A stretch of 64,000 bases of DNA from the NCBI GenBank assembly GCA_021613535.1, contig CP075496.1, positions 4,836,001-4,900,000 of the forward strand, written 5' to 3'. The notes under the pieces are model-generated. The model ran no database searches. It was not told the origin of the DNA and was given only the letters and a program-made list of their open reading frames with translations. This document shows, in pieces, positions 42,901 through 56,982 of the stretch. The DNA is from Adineta vaga (Eukaryota; Animalia; Rotifera). Position 1 is the first letter of the stretch. Each line of letters begins with the position of its first letter. The position numbers and the translations under genes were made by a program.

Positions 42901-45900
42901 TTTTTCTCCTGCTTTTATTGAACTAGCACTTGGTGTATACATATAATAACCTATTATAAATTCAAATCGAAAATCAATTTGAAAATCTTTTTCTTCTTAC
43001 CATTGACACTTTGTGTTGTATGATCGATACTTGGGCCACTCAAAGAACCCGGTGTTGCTCCTACAATACGATTAGTTAATTAGTATTTTTTTCCAACGTA
43101 ATTTTCTTATGTCTTTCATACCTTTATGTCTAAGCCATTGATGTTTTTCTGTAATATCATGTGTAAATCCACATATACCTGCATCATCGAAATCACATTC
43201 TAATGGTAAATCACTTGGACAATTGCCATCGATAAGTATAAGATCATCTAATGCAATATCACCTTGATAACTATTACCGGCAACTCCTTGAATAATTATC
43301 TAAAGAAATTAAAGAGACGAACAATGACTATTCTGAAATCTATTAATTCTATGAAATATACATACACTATATTCATCTGTGATATCATTCAATTTAACTT
43401 TTCCTAAACGCCAAACATTTCCTTGTGTTCCTTCTCGAGACCATACAGTTGTTTCTTGATTAGTGAATCAATAGCTATGATATCTAAACGATTGATATCA
43501 GGACCATGCATATGATACCAAAATTCAAAACATTTTGGTGTTGAACCAGGAATTGATGGTGATTGTAAACGGGCTGTATCATTCAAAATGACTGGAGATG
43601 ATGTTTCAAGATAGATGTACCAGCCTTGATCTGAAAGAAACAAGCAACATGCAGATAGTTTCAAAGAATATGATCTTGATCAAAAAACATACCTGTATGT
43701 GTTGTAACATCGAACTGAGGACCTGTTTCAAATGTTGATGTGCTACCTTGATTTCGTGTCCAATTAAGTGCAGCATCAGAACGATGTGTCCATGAACAAA
43801 AATCAACTTCGAATGTACAATCATAAATACTTGGAACTAGAAGAGAAATTTTTCTAGAATTTTTATTCTAGATATGAATCAATGAACAAACTTTGATATG
43901 CTGTAGTTGGTCGAGTTACTGTTGCGGGTGTTGTTAAAACGCTCACAGCTGCATTAGTTGGATTTGTTCCACAATAACTATCACGAATATCAATATCATC
44001 GATTGCATAATAACCTTGCATTTGTGCAGTAACACTTCCTTCAATTGCAATCTATTCAAAAATGGAAAAAACAACAATATAAATATTTCAATTATTTAGA
44101 AGAAGAAAAATTGATCTTACAGCATGATCTTCATCTGAATAATAACCAACTGATGCAAAAAGCCATGAATCACCTTGATCTACTGTACCGAACGACCAGA
44201 TCATAGATGTATCTTTATCGGTGGTAATATTCACATCCACACGACCTAATTGACTACCACGCATAAAATACCAGAATGTTAAACAACGACCAGCTCGTGA
44301 TGTAGGTGCGAATGTTTCACTTAGAATAACAGCCACTACTGATTGTTGATTGGTAAATGCTGAACTCAATAAGAGATATTGACCTTTATCATTACCTATT
44401 TACAATAGAAATAATAAATATGAAAATTTCTATGTTGATAGATGGAAAAAAAATCACACTTACCTAATGTATGATCATTTTGAGGTCCATTATAAGGTGG
44501 TTTTGATAAACCAGAACCAATCATCCAAGTTGCATTTCCAAAAAGTAACATATTTCTCCATGTACACATTCTAATATCGGAAAAAAAAATATGTAAATTA
44601 ATCCTCAAAGAAAAGTCAATTCATTACCCATTTTCAAAATCACAATCGCCTGGTTCGAGACAAGCTCGATCACGAATGAAGACATCATCAATAGCGATAA
44701 CGGGTACATCAGAACCAGATTTGAAAACAACGGCTTCAAAAATAACTTGATATGGTGATAAAACTAAACCATGTGGAACACGTTGTTGACTAATTCGCCA
44801 TTGACGTTCCTGGAAAATTCGAATAATTATGATTAGACTTCTATTCTCGATATTTCATTCAACAAAACAAACTTACTCGAAGAATAGTTTTCGACCAAAT
44901 TAGATAATCCGATGAATTTGATGTTACTGTACTTGGTCGTACAAATATATTCAATTTCGATGATGTACTAATTGCTTGTGCATCTGAATAATACCAAAAT
45001 TCGATACATTGTTCACCATTAGGTATGATCGTTTGTGACATAAGACGTGCTCGTTGATTTGTAACTGTTGTTGATGATTGAGTTACATCAACAATCATAT
45101 ATGCACCATTACTTGTTCCATCAGTATGATCTGTATTTGGTTTAATACCATTCATTAATGGATCATCAGCAGTTGTACGTAACCAATTATATTGTATTGT
45201 AGCATCATTAGCATAATTACAGATAGTTGGATCTTCAAAGGTACAAATTCGATCATCATTTGGACATGAATTATAAACAACAATATCATCGAGACCAATA
45301 TCACCAAGATGAAATCTATAGATTAATCAAAAGAAATCTGAATCTATTAGATCACTGAATTTCATAGGATCTTACCGTCCAACAATGCCTTCAAAGACAA
45401 TTTGAAATTTAGTATTTGCTGGTGGAAAAATTGCATATTGTCCTTTTAACCATTTATCACCTGTAAAAAGAATAATAATCAATGATTGGTACTCTTTAAA
45501 GACTAAACTCACCTTGATTTCTTGATCGTGTCCAAACTGGTTTATTGAGTTGTCCATTCATTTTGATATAAACATTCAATGTATCAACATCCATACCATA
45601 CATGTGATACCAAAATTGTATACATTTTTGGCCTGAGATTTCTTCAGATACTATTCGACAACGTTGGTCTGGTTGTTGTGGATAACTAGCTTCCATATAA
45701 ATATACCATCCTTGAGGTGTACCAAACGTATGATCTAATGAAAAAGAAATAAACTAGATTGCATAAGATTTCTTTTCTACATACCAACACTTGGACCTGT
45801 ATTTGCTGAAAATGTTTGACCTTGTTTTAATTCCCATCGAAAATCAGCAGTGACATCATGTGACCATGTTGAACAGAGAACACCTTGTTCGAAATTACAG

Positions 45901-48900
45901 TCCCATGGTGATTGTGGTGCTACTGTTGTTCGAGTTGTTGTCGTTGTTGGTGGCATAGTTGTTGCAATAGTTGGTACGGCATCATGTAATGGTCGAATTG
46001 AACAATTACTTGTTGTAAATGTAAAATCATCAATTGAAATATCTCCCTAAAATCAATAAAATATTCTTATGTAGAAGAAATAAAAGTCAATCGACTGTTT
46101 TTCTTACCAAGAAATCTTTTCCAGCAATACCTTCAACCAAAATTTGATGTTGTACTGATGAAACATATGAAACTTGTCCTTCATACCACATATTACCACG
46201 ATTACCGGATAATGACCATATACGTGTAAATGAACTATTGAATAGATATACATTCAATGTTCCAATTGAGTCACCATACCTGATAAAAAAAAACAAGATA
46301 AATGGTTGATTTGAACAATAGATAAAACCGAATTCTAAACTTACATATGATACCAAAATCGAAAACATCGAGCATCACCATTTGTACTATCAAATACAAC
46401 ACTTTTTAATCGTGCACGATCACCTTGTTGTGTTGGCCATGATGTTTCAATCATTAAATATTTTCCTTGTGCTGTATTTGTTGTATGATCTATTTGAATA
46501 CAAAATAAAATTTATGTAGAATTTAATTTAGCATTATTTTCTTTGTCTTACCATATTGTGGACCAGTTCCAGATGAATGTATACCTTGTCCTACAAGCCA
46601 ATCCATTTCGACATCAATATCATCATTGGTCCATCCACATAGATCACTTTCAAATGTACAATCTCCTGGTTTTGGACATAGACCTCTTGTAATCGATACA
46701 TCATCGATAGAAGCACTGGCATCGGGATTTTGTGTTAACACGTCAGCTTCAAATACAGCTTGCCATGATTGACTAGGACTATTAATATTAATTTGTGCAT
46801 ATAACCAACGATTTTCTAAACTTCCATCATGAGACCAAAGAATGGGACCACCAGAAGCGAGAAAAACATTTAAGTTCATTTGTTTAGTTGATGCATGATG
46901 AAAGTACCAAAAATGTAAGCATGAACCACTAGTACGATCTTGTATTGGTGTTAAAAGTCGAGCACGATCGTTAGCATTACGATTTTTTCCTTCAGCTACC
47001 ATATAATAACCTTCATCAGTTAAAGTAGTATGATCATTATTTGGATTAACGCCTGCTTGTACAACGGATGCTAAACCACGTATCCAATTAAATTGACCTG
47101 TTGAATCATATTGAAATCCTAGAAAACAAAACGAAAATGAGTTCACTCAGTAAAACATTAATCATTTAAAGTTATATTTTCATTTCATACCACATATAGA
47201 ATCGTCCGAATCAAAATCACATTGATCAGTTGATGTTCGACATGTACCATTGAGAAGAGTAATATCATCAATAGCGATGGAACCACGATTACTTCCTGAC
47301 CATATACCTTCGATTGCGATCTAAAGCAAGGAAAATCAAATCAATAATAACTATTCTTCTTTCCTATAAGTAAGAAGAAAACAAACACTAAAAGTTGCTG
47401 GATTGCTTGTTGATGATTGAAGATTAACTTGTGCATGATACCATTCATAACCTTTACCACCGAATGTAGTCCATCGTAATTGTGAAAATGAATTCGAAAG
47501 TTTTTCAACATTTAATGAACCAACATGCGAACCGTACATAAAATACCAAAATTCTAAACATTGACGATTATTACTCATTTGTGTACTTCGATATTGACTA
47601 GTAATGTTTGTCTATAATCGAAAAACAAACAAACAAACATGCAATGGAGTTTATTAAAAAAATCTTTTTTCTTACATCCGGAAATGGTGTTGATTTCGTT
47701 GGTGTTAATAGAAGATAATATCCTTGTACTTGATTTCCTGTATGATCATACAATGGATTATGTTGATCATCTTGAGACGCTGTTGCACCTTGAACACGTG
47801 TCCATGTAAGTTCAGGTTTTGCAGTAATACTCCATAATGGACATTTATCACTTTCAAAATCACAATCAAAATCTGTTGGTGGATGTGGTGGAGTTGTTCT
47901 AAAAACAAAATCCGAGATTAATCACATGAATGAAAGAAAATCATTTCTTTAACTAACACTTTCGTTGTTGGTGATGTAGATGCAGTTGAGAGACCATCTT
48001 GTGGTATTGCATATGGTGGAAGTGTATTGCAATATCCATTCTTTATTGAAATATCGTCAAGACCGATATCTCCGTGATTATTTAGAGTTACTCGAGCTTC
48101 AATTAAAACTGAATGATCAGAACTGACAGCAAAACCAACTTTTCCTTGAAACCAATCATCATCTTGTTCCCCTTCTAATGTCCACATTGCTAATGGTTGA
48201 AAACCTTCCAGTTGTAAATAGGCAGTCAATCGGCCGATTCCTGGACCATACCTGTAGATAAGTTTACAAATAGAATTTTATTCTAACTAAATATTTTTTC
48301 GATTTCATTACTTACATATGATAAAAGAATTCTAAACACATTCCATTTGAACCAGCATTTGCCATTGATTGTGAAATAAGTATAGCTGTATCGTTAGTTT
48401 TTCGATTTTTATTTGTATCGATATATGCATATGAACCTGCACTTGTTCCTAAAGTATGATCATACAAAGGACCTAAACAGAATAATGAAAATGTGAAAGT
48501 TATTCTAATATTCGTAGAATTTCTTACCACTAGCCAATGAAGCCGATGATGGACCATTTGTTATTTCCCAATCAAATTGATCAGTTTTAACATTTTCCCA
48601 TCCACAAAAGGTATCATCTTCAAAATCACAATTGTTCGGTTCTTGACATGAGACACTTAAACGTTTGATATCATCGATAGAAATATCACCCTTGATTGAA
48701 ATGAATAGAAAATTGGTATTCTATATTAAAACTTCCTTCTTAACTTACTTCAAATCCATTGCCGATGACTCCTTCGAAGATAACGCGAAATGGTGTCGTA
48801 TATTCTGTTGAAACATGTGCTTTACGCCATACATCACCAACATTAGCACCACGTGACCATAGAAGTGTCATTGTACTATTTGCAGATGTATTTGTACCTG

Positions 48901-50806
48901 TATAAACATTTAATTGACCAACACTTCGACCGTACATATGATACCAAAATTCTAAACAACGGCCTTTTTCAGGTTGTTCAACAACGGATAATAGACGAGC
49001 TTTTTGACCGGGTCTCTGTGGACTTGATGATTCTATTGAAGAAAAACAATGAATTTAAATTTTCGAGATATAAAACTTTTGTACATACCAATATACATGA
49101 AATGACCTAATGCAGTGCCGAGTGTATGATCTGAAAATAAAATCAATATCAATTTCTATAATCAAAACACTTGTGTATTACCTTGATTTGCACCAGTTTG
49201 AGATGATGGTGTTGTACCTTGACCTCGAGTCCATGCAAATTGTCCAGATGGATCAGATGAATATCCACAAATATGTTCTTCTTCGAATGTACAATCAATC
49301 GAATAGAAATCTGGTTGAATACATGGTCCATCAACAAGTGTCAAATCATCTAATGAAACTTCTGATCGAATACTCCAAAGTGCAACAACTTCGTATACAA
49401 CTCGTGTAATTTGATCTCCAGGATTAATTTGTATTTGACCATGTTGCCAATGACGTCCTTGATCACCTGATCGTCGCCATGCGGATTTTGCTGACGCGAA
49501 ATTTTCATTGATAACAAAATTTAGATTGAATTCAGTATCATCTGTGCCATGCATCATATACCACCAATCTACACACATTGGACTAGCGATATTATCTGGT
49601 AAACGTGGACTGACTAATTCTGATATATCGATATCATTGAAATTAATAACAGGAATTTCTAATCGTGCAGTAACGTAATAACCAGTAGCGTTTCCATATG
49701 TATGGTCATACAATGGACCCACAACACCGGCAAGAGAATTTGATGCTGCTTGTTCACGAAACCATGGAATAGTCACATTTTGACCTTGTGTCCAACCGCA
49801 ATGATCTTGTTCAAATGTACAATCATAGCCAGCAACAGCTTTTGATGTAACTGATCGAATTGTTCGTGAACGAGATGCTGACATTGCTAAAAAAGAATAA
49901 ATCATATTAAACATTTTTCTCAAATGAGTATAAAAAAAATTAATGTTAATCTACTTTGAGTCGATCGTTTTGAAATTGATCGTTTCGTTACTAAATAAAT
50001 CAAATCTATAGAATATCTTCTTCATGAAAAGAATCAATCATACTCGAAGGACATGCTTGATGATTAATCATGATATCTTCGACTTGAATTTGTGCATTCT
50101 TTTGTAATTGTCCATCGAAAGCAATCAGAGTTGCTGTTCGAGATGAGCCTATTGTAATTTGTGATGAAATATTCAATTGCACTTGTGTTCGACTAAATAA
50201 ATTAGATTGATCGAAATTGATTTGTAAAGAAAAATGTTGTTGTACAAACCTTTGTCCTTGAATTAATCGACTACGCCAAGTGTATTGTTTATCAACGAAA
50301 ACAGACAATTTGTTCGATTTATCGCCCATTATTTGATAGGTAAATGTGAGACAAGATGGTGAATCTCTTGAAGATAAATGTGCAGTGCCTATCAAACGAG
50401 CAGAATTTTGTTGAGATGATTGTAGAGTTTCTTTATCATCAAGATATTTTAGGACAAAAGATTGTTTGTCTAAAATATCAATCGAAATAAAACATATTTT
50501 TCTAAATTAATTTTCAATTTAATAAACATACCCGTCGTTGTAGAGGAGAATTGATGCCATTCTAAACTTTGATTACTACTAAGTTCATTTCTCCAACCGG
50601 GATCTGTATATATATCAATGTATAATTTATTTTAAAAAATCGAAGATCTATCAATTATACTAACCTTCATAGGGAATATTTAATTGAGCTATAAAAATAA
50701 AAGAAATTTTTGATCAGATAGGTTTTTTTCCTTGAATCAATTCTATAAACTTACCCGCAATACCTATAAGGTACAGAAAAAGGAGCAAGAACACCAAATG
50801 GTTCAT
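18941..50806 (-). CDS. Giant MAM and LDL-receptor class A domain-containing type I membrane protein (MALRD1/MLRP-like); many short introns; apparent frameshift near 43464
   Basis: Signal peptide [18 protein letters not shown] at 50806. About 45 MAM starts counted by eye (C-[DTN]-F-E...DHT...FWYHMYG...GDIAIDD) and ~12 LDLa modules (e.g. [14 protein letters not shown]). Then a Thr-rich stalk (19524-19660), an EGF domain, a TM segment ([26 protein letters not shown]) and a cytoplasmic NPAY motif. TAA at 18941. Confidence 0.9.
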
Positions 50807-53236
50807 GTTCCTCGTGAAAAATAGTGAATATACAAAATTGTATATATGTATATCTAAAATTAATGGAAAGTACGTGCACTTAAATCTTACTCTCGTCGTT
50901 TCAATATGTCTATCTTCATTTTGAATAATATATATATACGTTTTTAAAAGACATGTTAGTTGGACTCTTATCTTTTTTTCTTTTTGTTTGTTACTTTTTT
51001 CAGTAGTAGATATAGCTGATAATAATCTCTCTCCTACTCTATATTCCGAATTTCATATTAAACAAAGAAGGAGAGAGAGAGAATTTTTCAAGTAGTACAA
51101 GGACAAATAGATATATACTTTTTCAGCAAGATAAATTTGCATATTTATTAACAAGAGATGACAAATTCATCGTTACAAAAACATGCAAAATCTATTGTCT
51201 ATAAACAAAGAAAACTGTTGGTTCTTCGATCATAAATAGTAATCTAGCAACAAAAAAGAATTGTTACTTGATATCTTATAAGATACCCAGATATGGTTAT
51301 GAGTAATTATGCAATAGAATGAGAGAGATAGCTTTCTAGAAGCATCTTTTGTGAAGCAAAATATTAATGACCTTTTTTGTTATCTTAAACATTTACATTT
51401 AAATTTTTAACGCAAAAATGTAGAAAAATTTTTTCATTTTGAGATACATCGAAAGATATGTTGAACTTTGTACTTATGCAAATATCGTCATTCATAGAAC
51501 TTTCGAGAAGCAATCAGAAATATAGCTTCGATAATATTATGTGATTGAATAAGGATTTCGAGGGAAAATTTTCAAATGATTTTGTCTTTGTTAAATATAT
51601 AACTTGACAGGATGAGTGATGTTATCTCAAGCACATGCTGTTTTAGAAGATGATGATAATAATGAGTGTACTGATAAAACGTTTTCAAACAAAACGGAAT
51701 GTGACAGTACGAGTGAAATAGTATGAAATACTTCTAGAACTCTTTCGTAATAGAATTTAAAAGTGCAAAATCTTTCGATACCTCCTTCGTTGTACTGATA
51801 ACTATTTATATGCACGAAGCATAGTTGATATTTATTACTATAAAATATCATGCAAAATGTTTGTTAGTATGAAATAAATACTATCGTAAGAGATTTTCTT
51901 TGCACATGTTGATCAACTCAACTTTTGTTTTTCATATATTCAATGTTCACGTGCCATTGATAATCAAAATATAAGATATCATTCATTATTACTTTTATTA
52001 GCAAATTTGTAAAATATATTTTTTGCAATACAAATGTATGTATCAATATTGGAAAACTTTGCAAATTAACAACCCTTCTGTTGTACTGTCACAATGATAG
52101 GTTCAATTGATGATAACATATAATTTGAATTGACAAGCAAAATTCGACATATTTTAAAGAAGTAATTTTCCTTTGGATTACTTCTATTTTATGCCAATAC
52201 AAAGTTTACTCAACGTGCTGAAAATATTCAGTATCAGATATATAAATGTATCCTTTGATATCCTAAATGAACAATTAGAATTTGTTACATGGTACTATTT
52301 CATATGTGAGACGAGTAGTAATCTTACAAATCAATGCGAAGAAATAGTTTTCTATAGGTCTTAGATAAATTTCTTTGTTTGCATCATCAGATAGCTATGC
52401 ACAATTGACCATTCAGATTATATGTGGTGATAATTATTCGTTCTGCAAAGAATCATTGTGCAGTTGACTTTTACTTCTTGAATAAAACATGTTTAATCAA
52501 CCTAGTATATGATATTGTCTTGTATGTTGGTTTTTATATCAAACAGATTGCTATTTATTTCATCTAATCGATCTTTCTCTCATGATAGTATATAATCACG
52601 TGTTTATCTTAGCAAAAAAAGAATAATGAAATACCGGTTTCATATAACTAGATGACCTTTCTATATTTGCTAGGCGCGTTTTGGTGAAAATATAACACAT
52701 AGTCAATAAGTGTGCATATATTATTGTTCGATTTATAATCGACAGAATGTGAATAAATTGTCATACTTTTATACTTTCCTCCTTGTTAATTATGCTTTTC
52801 TACGAATAGAAAAGTTTGAAAACCAATGTTTCTTATACTACTAGAATCTATAGTATTTTAACACTTTATAGAATGCATTGAAATTTCATGCATAAATCAG
52901 TTATTATACACAAAACTATAAGATAAAGTTCTAAAAAACTTCGTATAGAATATAATAATAATATATACGTGATTAGACTAGGAACAATTCACACACTACC
53001 ATAGAACAGATACAGAACTGCATGACAATGATCATATATATTTTCATATTGTTCAGTACAGAGTTTGTATGTAAAATTATTCGATGAATTCTATTGGTCT
53101 ATAAAATGAACTACTAATCTTATTCGAAATGACTCATCGATCATTAGACCTTCAGGTTTTAGTTTTACCTTTCTTCTTCTTCTTCTTCTTCTTCCTTTTT
53201 TATTATACAATAAAATGAAACATTACAATTAAGCAA

Positions 53237-56200
53237 ATGTCAGCTCGCCGAAATAGTTTCGGCAACCGATCGATGAGTATCAATCGGCAACAACAACAAA
53301 CATCTAAATATACTGATGATTCGGAGATCGATTTAGCAACAAAAAATGATGCATCATTAAATATCTTACCTGAAGTAAAACAATTATTACGTTAAATTGT
53401 TGTTTTCATCCTATTTTCTATTTTAGTTAATGAAAAGTATACGAAGATTATTGCCACGTTTGTATTTTCAAGTTTATCTTAAAATAATATGAGAACATAT
53501 GTTTTTAGAGGAAATCCCATTGAATATGTCTGTACGTCAAGTAGAATATATAGAAAATCGATGTGAACGTCGTATTGGAACTTTATATCTGACTACATTC
53601 CGACTTGTCTTTATGCCAGATCAAGAAACTGAACATAATCAATTTGTATGCTTCAATTCAAAAACATAAAATTGATAGATATTGAAAACTATTCGTATTT
53701 TTATATTAGATTATTACTGGAAATAAATACATTGGTGAATATGACATTCCATTAACATCAATTTATAAAATACATGTAGCACGTGAGTTCATATACATTT
53801 GGAATTATTGGATTTGATTTATCGAACATTTCTTTAGCGGTTGATTCTCGATCAGGATTTAAATCATTTTTAAATGAAAATCAAATACAATCAGAAACAC
53901 GAACATTCACAATCATTACACGGGTTAGTTTAACTTTTTTTAATATTGATTTTACATCTTTTTTTCTAAAAATAATAATAGGATTTTCGTAATATTACTT
54001 TTACAAAATGTTCAGTTACAAAATCAAATACTGGAACAAAACAATCATCTACAGCTGTAACAAACATGGAAACAGTAAGGTTTAATCAATCGACAATAAT
54101 TTTTATCTGACTTCATATCTATAGTATATCAATGCATTAAGACGTCATAGTCAATTTCAATCAAAACAACAATTATATCCATATCTTGCTATGCAGCAAA
54201 ATTCTTCGGATATCAATTCTCGTGATTTTATATTCAAATCAATATCAAAAGCACGATCGATTGATGATGTTACAAAAGGTGAATTATCGTACGATACTTT
54301 ACTTTGATAGATGTATAATATGTTTTTGTTATTGATAGATTTCTGTTTAAGTAATGATGAACGTATAAAGAGTTATTTGACCTATTATGATTGGCGAGAT
54401 GAATTACTTGAAGCAGATGAACAACATTGGATTGTTGATCATAAGAAATTTAATAAAAATTATGTCGCTCAAGAGTAAAAATAGATTGATTTTATATTGT
54501 AATATGGTTGATGTCTTTTATTTAGAGAAGGACCTTATATTCGTTTAGCAAAAAGTTTCGAAGAGAATGGCTCTACAGATTTAGTAAAGAGAGAATTTCA
54601 TATTTCTCTTTGTATAAATCAATAATTTTCTTTGAAGATTTGGCATTGGACTCATACATCTCTAATTCATATTGATCGTCCGGCAAGAAAACCAGTACAA
54701 CGGCAAAAATTTATACTTATTACTGTTTCTGGTATTGGAGATATTACAACTATAGAACCGTAAGTAAATCTGTTGAATGAACCAGTGCCTTTTTTTAGTA
54801 CAGTTTTGAAATATCAATGAGAAGACTCCTTTCATCTTCTATTCTTAAACAGTCCTGAATCACCAAGTAGTGCACCGACTGCACCACAATCATCATCATC
54901 ATCATCATCATCGTTTCGTTTCTTTCATATAAAAATGAAGTTACCCAAATCATTACGATCAAATCCGACTGATGGTCCAAAATTGATTTGTGCCAATGAA
55001 ATTAAAACAACAACTAGCGGCTTACCAGTTACGTCGGAAATGGTATCCGATGCTGGGTGAGACGTACGCGCGTGCTCGGTAATCGTTGCTATTTTTTATA
55101 TATTGCACGTATACTTATCAATATTGTTTTAATGTGGATATGTTGCATATAATAACTAAAAACACGACGTTTTATTTATAATTATTCAAGTACAAATATA
55201 TTGATTTTGTTTTTCGTTTTTTTCAGTTTACGACGTGTAACAACTGATACAAGTCTAGTTTCTTCATCTCATTATGTCCATGATCAATCATTTCAACGTT
55301 ATAATTTAGCAAAATTTCCGTGTACTTTAAAACGCTTACAAGCAAGTTATGAAAAACTAATTGAAACATGTATTTTAACTTTAGGTTTGTAGAATTTTTG
55401 GATGTTTTTCCTTCTTCTAAATAATACTTATTCTTTATTTTTGAAGATGATGACGATGAAAAATGGTGGACAAAATTGAATACATGTAAATGGCACAAAT
55501 ATATATCTAAAACTTTACATGGTGCTGCATCTCTTGCTAAATTACTTGATTTTAAAAATATTGAATTAGCTGGTAAGATATTAAAGTTCGTTAAGAATAT
55601 ATGAGAATGCTTTCATGGAGTTTTGACTCTTGATAGGAAGTGATACCGATAATAATTGTTTAATGTCATCATTGATACAAATCTTTCTCCGTCCTAAATG
55701 TCGTACAATCAAAGGTTTTTGTGAACTAATTGTGCGTGAATGGCTTATTCGTGGTCATAAATTTCGTGAACGTTTCGGTCAAGTATTGCACGATGCTAAT
55801 GGATATCCTGCGCAAGAAGTAAGATTATTCATCTATCTCTTAGTATTAAATCAATTATCTTTACCTTTAGTCACCGGTTTTTCTTCTCTTTCTCGATTGT
55901 GTACATCAATTAATTCTACAGAATCCTTTATCATTTGAATTTACTGACTATTTTTTACTTGAACTTTATCGCAATGTTTGTTATTGCTATCATCATACGT
56001 TTGTTTTTAATACTGTTAGTGAACGACTTGATGCAATATATAATTGTCCAAGAAATCTTCTTGTTTTATCATCATTTGATTTTTCACTGTATCTTTATCC
56101 TGATGCATATTGTTTATTAAAAAACTATGCATCACCTTTCAATATGCAATCATCATCATTAATTTCATCTCATCAACAAAACAAATCTCGAATTGAATCC

Positions 56201-56669
56201 GCTGTTTATTATCCTCCATCGGCGTCTTCTCAACGACCTAGTCGAAGTGTTTATTTTCTTGAACGACCAAAATCAACAAGTTTTACATCGGAAATTCTCA
56301 AAACAAATGAAGTATCATTACCAATTGCTGAACATTATGAATATGATACTATTGAATCGCCACAATCATTTCCTGATAATCTACATGTCGATTGGCGAAT
56401 ATTTAATTTAGAATTATGGTCGAAATGTTATTGCCGATATGATCAAATTTATAGGCCAACAACATTCGAACAATCTTTATCTTCTGATATTAATTATTTA
56501 AAAGAAACTCTAGTTCAAAAATCTCAACAATCCGTCACATTAGATGCTTATCATTACGTATGTATTGTATATACAAATGATACTTCGAAACAAGATGTTT
56601 TTTTTCGGATTATTTAAGGTTGACCATGCTAATTCTTGGCATCCACAAACACTAGACACTCGTGTATAG
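53237..56669 (+). CDS. Myotubularin-related pseudophosphatase (MTMR10/11/12-like), multi-exon; TAG stop
   Basis: GRAM-like GTLYLTTFRLVF and IGEYDIPLTSI. Phosphatase-domain motifs RTIKGFCELIVREWLIRGHKFRER and SPVFLLFLDCVHQL...FEF. No CX5R catalytic motif. Ends DTRV*. Confidence 0.8.
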
Positions 56670-56982
56670 ATGAAAAAGCACAAAAAACAACAATATTTCT
56701 TTGGCATTTATGATTTCTTTTTGAATCATGCTTATATCTTCTTCCTAACAATAGTGCTACATGCTCAATGTGTGTGTCTTTTCTCTTTTGCTTTATCTCA
56801 AATTTTCTCATATTGACTTGTATATATTTTTACTTATTCAAATTATGCACTTGTTATTCTTTTATTTATTTTTTCATTATTACAATGATTTACGCTACTC
56901 ATCACGAACAATATATAATACTAATATAATCATCTTTTTAGATTTTTTTTTGGTTTGTCGTTTTTAATTCAAGGAAAAAGCA

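Noticed and set aside
43404-43406. Amber suppression rescuing the MAM gene at this TAG
   Set aside because: The TAG lies in the shifted frame, so readthrough would not restore the MAM reading frame.
19482-49409. Alternative-frame and antisense ORFs overlapping the MAM gene
   Set aside because: They are shadow ORFs caused by codon bias in the real exons.
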